The notes beneath the pieces are model-generated. The model had not been told where the DNA came from, searched no databases, and saw only the letters and a program-made list of their open reading frames with translations. From the NCBI RefSeq assembly GCF_938045345.1, contig NZ_CALIMS010000053.1, positions 1,099 through 65,098 on the forward strand: a DNA stretch of 64,000 nt, written 5' to 3'. The stretch comes from an uncultured Campylobacter sp. Its GTDB lineage: Bacteria; Campylobacterota; Campylobacteria; Campylobacterales; Campylobacteraceae. How positions within the stretch are numbered: position 1 is the first letter of the stretch; each line of letters begins with the position of its first letter. Both the position numbers and the translations under genes were made by a program. Of the stretch, positions 55,910 through 64,000 are shown in pieces.

Positions 55910-57109
55910 TTAAGCGATGATTTTCGAAACGACGCCTGAACCTACGGTATGACCGCCTTCGCGAATCGCGAAGCGAGTACCTTGCTCAAGAGCAATCGGG
56001 GCGATTAGCTCAACGGTAATCTTAACATTATCGCCAGGCATTACCATCTCGGTTCCCTCAGGAAGAGTAATCGAACCGGTAACATCTGTAGTACGAACGT
56101 AAAACTGCGGTCTATAATTATTAAAGAATGGAGTATGGCGTCCGCCCTCTTCTTTAGTTAGGATATAAACCTCGCCCTCAAATTTAGTATGAGGAGTGAT
56201 CGATTTTGGTTTGCATAAAACCATACCGCGCTCTACTTCCTCTTTCTTAGTACCGCGTAATAAAACACCTACGTTATCGCCAGCTTCACCTTGATCCATC
56301 TCTTTTCTAAACATCTCAACGCCAGTGACGGTAGTAGTCTGAGTAGGTTTAATACCTACGATCTCGATAGTATCGCCAACTTTAACGATACCTTTTTCGA
56401 TTCTACCGGTTACAACGGTACCGCGACCGGAAATCGAGAAAATATCTTCGATCGGAAGAAGGAAATCTTTATCAGTATCGCGAACAGGAGTTGGAATATA
56501 GCTATCAACTGCGTCCATAAGCTCCATAATCTTTGCAGACCATTCGCCGTCTTGTCCGGCTTTGGCTTCCTCAAGAGCCTTAAGAGCAGAGCCCTTAATG
56601 ATTGGAGTCTCGTCGCCAGGAAATTTATACTCTTTTAAAAGATCTCTAACTTCCTCTTCAACTAGCTCTAAAAGATCCGGATCATCGACCATATCGGTTT
56701 TGTTTAGGAAAACTACGATATAAGGAACGCCTACCTGGCGAGAAAGCAAGATGTGCTCGCGAGTTTGAGGCATAGGGCCATCCGCAGCAGAAACAACTAA
56801 AATAGCGCCGTCCATCTGAGCCGCACCGGTAATCATATTTTTTACGTAGTCGGCGTGGCCAGGGCAGTCAACGTGAGCATAGTGACGCTTCTCAGTCTCA
56901 TATTCGATGTGAGATGTAGCGATAGTAATACCGCGCTCTTTTTCCTCTGGAGCGTTATCGATATTGTCGTAGTCTTTTAGCTCGGCTAGACCCTTCCTGG
57001 AAAGAACAGCAGAAATAGCAGCTGTCAAAGTAGTCTTACCATGGTCAACGTGACCGATGGTACCAATGTTTACGTGTGGCTTGTTACGATTAAATTTTTC
57101 TTTAGCCAT
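55910..57109 (-). CDS. tuf: elongation factor Tu
   Basis: [17 protein letters not shown] and NKTD motifs are present. I place the start at the second Met (MAKEKF), giving 399 aa. Confidence 0.98.
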   Translation of the reverse strand: MAKEKFNRNKPHVNIGTIGHVDHGKTTLTAAISAVLSRKGLAELKDYDNIDNAPEEKERGITIATSHIEYETEKRHYAHVDCPGHADYVKNMITGAAQMDGAILVVSAADGPMPQTREHILLSRQVGVPYIVVFLNKTDMVDDPDLLELVEEEVRDLLKEYKFPGDETPIIKGSALKALEEAKAGQDGEWSAKIMELMDAVDSYIPTPVRDTDKDFLLPIEDIFSISGRGTVVTGRIEKGIVKVGDTIEIVGIKPTQTTTVTGVEMFRKEMDQGEAGDNVGVLLRGTKKEEVERGMVLCKPKSITPHTKFEGEVYILTKEEGGRHTPFFNNYRPQFYVRTTDVTGSITLPEGTEMVMPGDNVKITVELIAPIALEQGTRFAIREGGHTVGSGVVSKIIA

Positions 57110-57165
57110 CATATCCTCCGTTATTGATTTGTGGATTACACAACAAACTAAGCGACTCTATTTTA

Positions 57166-57240
<75 letters not shown>

Positions 57241-57353
57241 CTAAACTCAGGCAAAGAGAAATCGCTACCAATACCCAACAATGCGACCAAAATTTAGATT
57301 ATGTAAGCATATAAAAGCAGTTAAGTTTTACAGCTCCCAGTAAACCTAAATGG

Positions 57354-57430
57354 TGGAGCGGGAAACGGGGCTCGAACCCGCGACCCTCAGCTTGGAAGGC
57401 TGATGCTCTAGCCAACTGAGCTAATCCCGC
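57354..57430 (-). tRNA. tRNA-Gly (anticodon TCC)
   Basis: Acceptor begins GCGGGAT, anticodon stem-loop TCAGC-CTTCCAA-GCTGA, T-loop GGTTCGAGCCC and an encoded CCA. Confidence 0.88.
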
Positions 57431-57442
57431 ATCAAAAATTCA

Positions 57443-57527
<85 letters not shown>

Positions 57528-57563
57528 CTTTGATGAAATCTGGTCAAACACTGTTACAAAAAA

Positions 57564-57639
57564 TGGAGCTGGTGGACGGGATCGAACCGCCGACCCACTG
57601 CTTACAAGGCAGTAGCTCTACCAGCTGAGCTACACCAGC
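57564..57639 (-). tRNA. tRNA-Thr (anticodon TGT)
   Basis: Acceptor GCTGGTG/CACCAGC, anticodon stem-loop ACTGC-CTTGTAA-GCAGT, T-loop GGTTCGATCCC and an encoded CCA. Confidence 0.9.
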
Positions 57640-57728
57640 ATTTTGAAATTGAAGTGGCAATTATAACCGAAAAATCCCCAATTGTCAAGGCTAAAACAGC
57701 CTATTTTAAAATTTCATAAAATTTCTGC

Positions 57729-57734
57729 TATAAT
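57729..57734 (+). promoter_or_regulatory. candidate -10 box (TATAAT) for 57766 gene
   Basis: GCTATAATG lies 32 nt upstream of the ATG at 57766, with an AAGGA RBS. Confidence 0.35.
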
Positions 57735-57765
57735 GCGCGCAATTTTAAATTTTAAGGAATTTTAT

Positions 57766-57978
57766 ATGAAAATCATACCTTGGATTATCATAGTTTTTAT
57801 GATTTATTTGATTTATTATTTTATCTCCCGCTCCGAAAAGCGCCTAAATACCCTTGAAAAGCGCTTAAATAAAATAGAAGAAAACTTAAGCGAGATAAAA
57901 AAGGCTACCGAAGCCAACAGGCTCTTGATCGAAGAAGCAAAGCTGGACTCTGAAGATGACGCAAAAGAGCAAGAATAA
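57766..57978 (+). CDS. small single-TM protein with a coiled-coil tail
   Basis: I use the internal ATG (MKIIPWIIIVFMIYLIYYFI...) after AAGGA, giving 70 aa. The longer ORF start at 57682 has no RBS and would span the putative promoter. Confidence 0.45.
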   Translation: MKIIPWIIIVFMIYLIYYFISRSEKRLNTLEKRLNKIEENLSEIKKATEANRLLIEEAKLDSEDDAKEQE

Positions 57979-58598
57979 AATTAAATTTAATCCATGATCT
58001 CGCTAGCTTGGCCTTTTTTACTAAATATCTCGTGCTAAAAATTATGAATATATTTTATAGTGCACTTTGGCATTTTTGAAAGAAATTTTGCCGCAATGTC
58101 AGAACCGCGAAGGGCAAGAAGCTCATACGTAACTACTTCTTAAATTTTACGAAATTTAAAATTCGCGCTTTAAGCCTGCTCCGCCAAGCAAATCCACGCG
58201 AATTAATAAATCAAAATTCCAACCATTAGCCGCAAATTCCATAGAATTTCAAACAATACCGCCTAAAATTAGAATTCCTGCTAAAATCCATCTTACAATT
58301 CAACTCCTTAAAATTTTGCGCAAATCCCTCAGCTAAAATTCTAAACTACAAAATTTTAGTATTTAAAATCATATTAATCAGCCCCACCGCAGCAGCAAAG
58401 CCTATGGGTTCACACCGCACGCCACTTCAGGCTGATATATCAGAAAGCTCAAAAGCGCAGACCGCAACTTCTATAAGCTAACAATAAAATTTAATCATAA
58501 TTTTTAAAAACCAAAAATTTAAAAAGTACAGAATTTTACCCCAGGATTTGAATTGAGTAAAAAGACGGCGAAATGCAGGAGCTTCTAAAACGCAAAAT

Positions 58599-59903
58599 TT
58601 ATCCATTGGAATTTTCCTCGCCCACAAGCGCTTCAGCGATGAGTTCCAGCGGATTTACGCACCTCATCTGCGAGCCACTTAAAGAAAGCGAGTTATTTAG
58701 CTGCATCCTGCACGCGCTGCACTCGGCAGAAACTACGCGCACGGGTAGATCCGCCATTGCGCGCGCCTTAGCTAATCCCGCTGCGCGCGCGAGCTCGTAG
58801 CGCTCGGTTTGCATCGTCACGCCGCCAAATCCGCAGCATTTATTAGGCTCATCCATCTCGGTTATTTCGTAGTTTTGAGCGAGCAAGCCGCGCGGTTCTT
58901 TCCAAATACCCTGCATTTTGCGGGCATGGCACGGATCGTGATAAGTAATCGCTAAAGCCCTTTTGCCGCGGCGCATCAAAAGATCACTTAAGTTTGTAAA
59001 TTTATAAAAGTATTCGCTCGCCATAAAAATTTTACTCGCAAGCTTTTGCGCACGGGCTTTCCATTGCGGCTCATTTTCAAAAAAATGCGCGTAATCCACC
59101 CGCAACATCGCAGAGCACGTAGCCTCGGGCACGATAATCGCATCAAGAGCAGGCATGACTTTTTCGAAATATGCTATATTAAATTTTGCCACGCGTTCAA
59201 CCGCCGCAAAATCTCCCGTAAAATACGCAGGAGCGCCGCAACAGGCTTGTTCCTTCATCAAATTTACGTTTAGCTTTAGCGCTCGCGCGATATGTAAAAC
59301 CGCCTCGCCTACGCCCGTGTAAGCGTAGTTTGCCATGCAGCCTATAAAAATTCCAATAGTTTTTTCGCCGCCGTTGTCGATAAGCTCTGCATGAGAGTTC
59401 ATAAAGCTCTTTTTCGCAGGAGCAGGTAGCAAGCGTTCTTTTTTAAGTAGTGGCAAGTCAAATCTAGGCGACATAGAGCTTTGCGTATCTTTTCGCATCT
59501 TAAAGCCACAGCTAAGAAACACGTATCCAAGCGTTGCTGCTAGATCCAGCGCTTTGCGGTGCCCGAGCAGCCAAAACGCAGCTTTTTTGTACCACGCGAT
59601 ACCAAATTTCTCCGCAATGTGCGCGCGAATATTCTCGATTGCCGTATCTATGGGCAAAGACTCGCCGCAAATATCTACGCAGCTGGTGCATAAAAAGCAG
59701 CTCTCAAAAATTTTCTTAGCGTTTTTATCAAGCTTTAGTTCATTCCTGCCGTAAGCGCCCAAAAGATCCACAAATCCGCGCGGGCTCGTTACTTCATCGC
59801 CGTTAATGCCATGAATCGTGCAGACTTGGATACATTTACCACATTTTACGCAACGCTCGCTAAGTGCCGCAAAATCGAACGCTCCAAGCTTTGCCTTACT
59901 CAT
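58599..59903 (-). CDS. Fe-S oxidoreductase, GlcF/GlpC/HdrD-like (two 4Fe-4S motifs plus two CCG domains)
   Basis: CVKCGKCIQVC and CFLCTSCVDIC are ferredoxin-type motifs. CCGAPAY and CCGFGG are CCG-domain motifs. Confidence 0.8.
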   Translation of the reverse strand: MSKAKLGAFDFAALSERCVKCGKCIQVCTIHGINGDEVTSPRGFVDLLGAYGRNELKLDKNAKKIFESCFLCTSCVDICGESLPIDTAIENIRAHIAEKFGIAWYKKAAFWLLGHRKALDLAATLGYVFLSCGFKMRKDTQSSMSPRFDLPLLKKERLLPAPAKKSFMNSHAELIDNGGEKTIGIFIGCMANYAYTGVGEAVLHIARALKLNVNLMKEQACCGAPAYFTGDFAAVERVAKFNIAYFEKVMPALDAIIVPEATCSAMLRVDYAHFFENEPQWKARAQKLASKIFMASEYFYKFTNLSDLLMRRGKRALAITYHDPCHARKMQGIWKEPRGLLAQNYEITEMDEPNKCCGFGGVTMQTERYELARAAGLAKARAMADLPVRVVSAECSACRMQLNNSLSLSGSQMRCVNPLELIAEALVGEENSNG

Positions 59904-59914
59904 AGCCGCGCCGC

Positions 59915-61279
59915 TTAAACGGTTTTAGAAAAGCGCTTCTCGCCCAAATTTTTACCCATATACTCATCAAAGCACATCGCGATATTACGGATCAAAAGCG
60001 TGCCGGTGGGCGTTACGGAAATTCTATTCGGCGAGACTTGCACGAAATCCTTTAGCGCCTCAAGCTGCTTTAAGCTCGCATCAAAGTGCTCGAAAAATTT
60101 TATCTTAAATTTCTCCTCGATCGCCTCTATATCGACGCAAAAATTACTCATCAGCCCCATAATCACCTCTTTGCGCAGCAGATCCTCTTCATTTAGCAAA
60201 ACGCCCCTGCAATATGGCAGCCTGCCCGCATCTATCGCGGCCTCGTAAGCGTCCATATCTTTGAAATTTTGCGCGTAGTGGCGCGCGCCCTCGCCGATGC
60301 TGGTTAGCCCGATACCGATCAGATCGGCGCCGCCCTTGGTCGTATAGCCCTGGAAATTGCGGTGCAGCGAGCCGTTTTTAAGTGCAGTATGAAGCTCGTC
60401 TGCGGGCTTTGAATAGTGATCCATGCCGATCATCTCATATCCGTTCGCGCTCAAAAAATCGTGTGTAAATTTTAAAATTTCAAGCTTTACCTTCGGCTCG
60501 GGCAGCGTCGTCTCGTCAAATTTACGCATAGATTTTTTTATCCACGGCACGTGCGCATAGTTAAAGATCGCGAAGCGGTCCGGATCAAGCGAAAGCGCAA
60601 GCTCTAGCGTGCGCTTAAAGCTAGCTAGGCTCTGATACGGAAGGCCGTAGATGAGATCCATATTTATCGATTTTATCCCCCTCTCGCGCGCCATAGCTAT
60701 GACGTCCCTAGTAAGTTCGAAAGGCTGGATGCGGTGGATTTCCTTTTGCACGCGCTCGTCGAAATCCTGCACGCCGTAGCTGATGCGATTAAAGCCGTTT
60801 GAAACAAGCACGTCAAGCTGCTCGGCGTTTAAAAACCGCGGATCGATCTCGCAGCTGATCTCGGCTTCGGGGCTGAAATTTTTAAAATACTTTTTGATAT
60901 TTTTTATGTGGCGCGCGAGCTGTTCGGCGCTAAAATAAGTAGGTGTGCCGCCGCCGAAGTGCATCTGCACGACTTGCCGCGAGCCGTCCACTACACCGCT
61001 TAAAATTTGCATTTCGCACTCGATATAGTTCAAATACCGATCCATCTTGTCGCGCTTGCCGGTGTAGATTACGTTGCAGCCGCAAAAATAACAGGCGGAG
61101 CGGCAAAACGGCATGTGAAAGTAAAGCGACAGCGGCGTGGAGCTTTTTTGATTTTTCAGCTCGTTCAAATATCCGTCGTAGCTAAAGTTTTCGCTAAATT
61201 CCAAAGCGGTCGGATAGCTCGTGTAGCGGGGTCCGGGGCGCGAAAATTTCGCGTAAGCGTCGAAGTCTATGCTATTCAC
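59915..61279 (-). CDS. hemN: oxygen-independent coproporphyrinogen III oxidase (radical SAM)
   Basis: CRSACYFCGC (CxxxCxxC), GGGTPTY and a HemN C-terminal domain. 454 aa. Confidence 0.9.
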   Translation of the reverse strand: MNSIDFDAYAKFSRPGPRYTSYPTALEFSENFSYDGYLNELKNQKSSTPLSLYFHMPFCRSACYFCGCNVIYTGKRDKMDRYLNYIECEMQILSGVVDGSRQVVQMHFGGGTPTYFSAEQLARHIKNIKKYFKNFSPEAEISCEIDPRFLNAEQLDVLVSNGFNRISYGVQDFDERVQKEIHRIQPFELTRDVIAMARERGIKSINMDLIYGLPYQSLASFKRTLELALSLDPDRFAIFNYAHVPWIKKSMRKFDETTLPEPKVKLEILKFTHDFLSANGYEMIGMDHYSKPADELHTALKNGSLHRNFQGYTTKGGADLIGIGLTSIGEGARHYAQNFKDMDAYEAAIDAGRLPYCRGVLLNEEDLLRKEVIMGLMSNFCVDIEAIEEKFKIKFFEHFDASLKQLEALKDFVQVSPNRISVTPTGTLLIRNIAMCFDEYMGKNLGEKRFSKTV

Positions 61280-61754
61280 GGCCGCCCGCCTTAGTTTTGA
61301 TAAGCTCTTCGATGTCGATGAAAAGGTTCGGATGCAGGCTTTTTACGCGCGAGACGACGGCATCAACGTCTAAGCTTAATCTTTTCGCATTCGGATTTGC
61401 GCCCGTTAGCCTTCTGATCTCGTCCATACACACGATCCACGCGTCGCCGAAATCCACCGGCGTATGCTGCAAGATCGAGCGCTCGAGCTTAAGATTAAAA
61501 TTTTCCTGCATCGCGTTTTTGGTCGTGGCGATGAGATTTGCAAGCGATTTTATCGAGATCATCGTGTGCACTTCGTTATTTTCGTCGATGCCGAACCACG
61601 GCTCCTCGTCGCTCCACGAGCCGCTTTTTAAAGTGAGTTTTTTCTCGTTGTCCTCGCCCTGCGAAATTTCAAAAACCGTCCTTTTCGAGCTATCCAGCCC
61701 GAAGAATTCGCTCGCTTTGTCGATCTTTTTTAGCGCTTTATCTTTTTCTTCCAT
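61272..61754 (-). CDS. UPF0763/DUF2603-family protein
   Basis: 160 aa. GSWSDEEPWFGIDENNEVHT and PVDFGDAWIVCMDEI resemble the conserved Campylobacterota protein found between hemN and argF (from memory). Confidence 0.65.
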   Translation of the reverse strand: MEEKDKALKKIDKASEFFGLDSSKRTVFEISQGEDNEKKLTLKSGSWSDEEPWFGIDENNEVHTMISIKSLANLIATTKNAMQENFNLKLERSILQHTPVDFGDAWIVCMDEIRRLTGANPNAKRLSLDVDAVVSRVKSLHPNLFIDIEELIKTKAGGRE

Positions 61755-61768
61755 GCATTCTCCTAAAT

Positions 61769-62692
61769 TTATCTTTTTTGATCCAGCCAGACCATGACGC
61801 CCTTTTGCGCGTGCAGGCGATTTTCCGCCTCTGCAAAAATTTCATCCGCGTGCGCTTCAAACACGGCCTCGCTTACCTCATATCCGCGGTACGCCGGCAG
61901 GCAGTGCAAAAAGATCGCGCCGTCACTTGCTAGAGCCATTAAACTTTCATCCACGCAAAAGCCCGCAAAGTCGCGAATTCTTTGCTCCTTTTCGCCTTCT
62001 TGCCCCATCGAAACCCAAGTATCGGTCGTCACGACGTTTGCACCCGCTACGGCTTCCTTTATATCGTTCGTTATTAAAATTTTAGCGCCTGAAATTTTAG
62101 CATTTTCTTGCGCCTGCGCCAGTACCTGCGGATCGGCCTCGTAGCCTTTCGGCGTCGCTACTCGCAGCTCAAAGCCAAGCTTGCTAGCAAGCATCAGCCA
62201 CGAGTGAGCCATATTGTTGCCGTCGCCCACGTACGCGGCTTTTATTTTTGCAATTGAGGTGCCACACTCCACGATCGTCATTAGATCCGCCATTAGCTGC
62301 ACGGGATGAAATTTATCGCTTAGCCCGTTTATCACCGGCACGCGGCTAAATTCCGCAAGCTCTATTAGCGTCTCGTGGTGATTTACGCGCGCCATGATTA
62401 GATCGCACATTCGCGAAATCACGCGCGCAGTGTCTTTGATAGGCTCGCCGCGCCCGAGCTGTATGTCGCGACTGCTTAAAAACAGCGCGTGCCCGCCAAG
62501 CTCGTTCATCCCCACGTCAAAGCTAACGCGCGTCCTGGTCGAGCTTTTTTCAAATATCATCGCTAATTTTTGATCTTTTAAATATGGCTTGAAATTTCGT
62601 GCCTTGGCCTCTTTTTTAATCCCAAAGGCTAAATTTAAAATCTCGATTATCTCGTCTTTGCTAAAATCGTTTAACGTAAGAAAGTGCCTCAT
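61769..62692 (-). CDS. argF: ornithine carbamoyltransferase
   Basis: STRTRVSF (carbamoyl-phosphate binding), HPVQ, DTWVSMG and HCLPA motifs are present. Confidence 0.93.
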   Translation of the reverse strand: MRHFLTLNDFSKDEIIEILNLAFGIKKEAKARNFKPYLKDQKLAMIFEKSSTRTRVSFDVGMNELGGHALFLSSRDIQLGRGEPIKDTARVISRMCDLIMARVNHHETLIELAEFSRVPVINGLSDKFHPVQLMADLMTIVECGTSIAKIKAAYVGDGNNMAHSWLMLASKLGFELRVATPKGYEADPQVLAQAQENAKISGAKILITNDIKEAVAGANVVTTDTWVSMGQEGEKEQRIRDFAGFCVDESLMALASDGAIFLHCLPAYRGYEVSEAVFEAHADEIFAEAENRLHAQKGVMVWLDQKR

Positions 62693-62853
62693 TTATCCAC
62701 CTTATCTTTTATAAATTTACTAAAAAATTCTTTTAAATCACCTTTCGTCATATCGCCCGCAGCCACCTTTACGACTATATCTTCCATCGCCGCATAAAAT
62801 TCCTCGTCGTCCAAAACTATAGAATTTGCCGATAAAAACTAGCGTCAAATATT

Positions 62854-63069
62854 TCATTTATCCTTTAATCGCTCAAAAACAGTCCTATTGCTAGGTTTAT
62901 CCAATTTCGCAATAACGGTGCTCGAAAGCTCGCCAAAATTCTCTATGCACTCATCTTTATTTTCAGATAAAATTTTAGCTTCAAATTTCATCTTTTTTGC
63001 TAGCTTCATTACGGCGTCCAAGACGGCTTCCATTTCGTTACTTTTAATCTCTAGTGCTATTTTATTCAT
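62854..63069 (-). CDS. hypothetical small protein (possibly the N-terminal remnant of a decayed gene)
   Basis: 71-aa ORF ending 2 nt from the hemB stop region. The same frame reopens after three closely spaced stops and runs to an ATGA overlap with argF. Confidence 0.3.
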   Translation of the reverse strand: MNKIALEIKSNEMEAVLDAVMKLAKKMKFEAKILSENKDECIENFGELSSTVIAKLDKPSNRTVFERLKDK

Positions 63070-63071
63070 CG

Positions 63072-64000
63072 CTAGCCCCTGTTTAAAATTTCCGCAATCT
63101 CTTTGGCGTGATAGGTGATGATCATATCAGCACCCGCGCGCCTTATGCCTATCATTGTCTCCATCATCACGCGCTCATAGTCGATCACGCCCGCTTTTTT
63201 ACCCGCCTGCAAAAGCGCGTATTCGCCGCTTACGTTATACGCGCAAATCGGTAGTAGCGTGCGCTCCCGCAGATCTCTGATTAGATCCAGATACGCAAGC
63301 GCGGGCTTTATCATCAAGATATCCGCTCCCTGCGCCTCGTCTTGCAGGCTTTCGTTGATCGCCTCAAATCTATTTGCGGGATCCATCTGGTAGCTGCTGC
63401 GGTCGCCAAAACTTGGCGCGCTCTCCGCCACGTCGCGAAACGGCCCGTAGTAGCCGCTGGCAAACTTCGTCGAATACGCCATAATCGGTAAATTTTCAAA
63501 TCCGCCGTGATCGAGCGTCTCTCGCAAGGTAGCGATAATGCCGTCCATCATGCCGCTGGGCGCGATCATATCCGCGCCAGCTTTGGCATGCACTAAAGCC
63601 TGCTGCGCCGAAATTTCAAGCGTCGCGTCGTTATCCACCGTCTGATGAATGTGATCGATGATGCCACAGTGCCCGTGGTCGGTGTATTCGCAAAAGCACA
63701 GATCGGTGATGACGAGCAAATTTGGAAATTTAGCCTTTATCGCGCGCAGCGAAGTCGCGATAATGCCGTCCTCGCTTAGCGCGTCCGAGCCGATGCTGTC
63801 CTTTAGCGAAGGAATTCCGAAAAGTAAAATTTTATCCAAACCAAGTGCCAAAAGAGCCTCGCACTCTTTTAAAATTTCATCCAAGCTCATCTGAAATACG
63901 CCAGGCATCGAGGCGATCTCCTTTTTGATGCCGCTTCCTTCCACCACAAAAAGCGGATAGATTAGAAAGCGGGTTTGCAGATCGGTTTGTCGCACCAGAT
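63072..64000 (-). CDS. hemB: porphobilinogen synthase (delta-aminolevulinate dehydratase), 5' end beyond the window
   Basis: The zinc site [12 protein letters not shown], the Schiff-base lysine region and the LIYPLFV N-terminal motif are present. The frame stays open to position 64000, so the GTG at 63995 is probably internal. Confidence 0.9.
   Translation of the reverse strand, partial: LVRQTDLQTRFLIYPLFVVEGSGIKKEIASMPGVFQMSLDEILKECEALLALGLDKILLFGIPSLKDSIGSDALSEDGIIATSLRAIKAKFPNLLVITDLCFCEYTDHGHCGIIDHIHQTVDNDATLEISAQQALVHAKAGADMIAPSGMMDGIIATLRETLDHGGFENLPIMAYSTKFASGYYGPFRDVAESAPSFGDRSSYQMDPANRFEAINESLQDEAQGADILMIKPALAYLDLIRDLRERTLLPICAYNVSGEYALLQAGKKAGVIDYERVMMETMIGIRRAGADMIITYHAKEIAEILNRG

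Overview
This 64-kb chromosomal segment has the gene content and local gene order of a Campylobacter genome, probably a non-jejuni, moderately GC-rich species. The taxon call is an inference from synteny and protein motifs. Recognisable core blocks are: (1) ybgC, UDG, prmC, an M48 protease and an ABC-F ATPase; (2) dnaJ with divergent racR-racS-recR; (3) murC, a small membrane protein and mutS2; (4) tpx; (5) the complete minus-strand translation/transcription super-cluster: tRNA-Thr/Tyr/Gly/Thr, tuf, rpmG, tRNA-Trp, secE, nusG, rplK, rplA, rplJ, rplL, rpoB, rpoC, doxX, rpsL, rpsG, fusA; (6) an Fe-S oxidoreductase, hemN, UPF0763, argF and hemB (cut by the window end). I saw no CRISPR array, cas genes, transposase, integrase or prophage genes. 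The unusual material is as follows. (a) A structured GC-rich repeat of about 100 nt has five copies, four of them clustered in a 1.2-kb ORF-free gap. It has two hairpins whose stems differ between copies while staying complementary, plus a G-run segment. (b) Intergenic DNA is saturated with AAATTT/RAATTY hexamers, often as perfect palindromes around AAATTTTAAAATTT, and there is a ~26-bp-period array of GGAATTT-N2-GAATTCC sites upstream of a CorA-family gene. (c) Five otherwise conserved proteins carry low-complexity in-frame inserts of 20 to about 210 aa, and four of those inserts are built from the same intergenic-type DNA. (d) A 4.2-kb AT-rich island of ten small same-strand genes (an Imm53-like gene, tandem paralog pairs of TM+zinc-ribbon proteins and of lipoproteins) looks like an orphan poly-immunity locus. 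(e) Several genes are interrupted: a split esterase, a gene with an in-frame amber stop, and a frameshift at an A6 tract. (f) Domain oddities include a Tat signal on dipeptidase E and a MutY-like glycosylase without an Fe-S cysteine cluster. All family assignments come from motif recognition by eye and need database confirmation.
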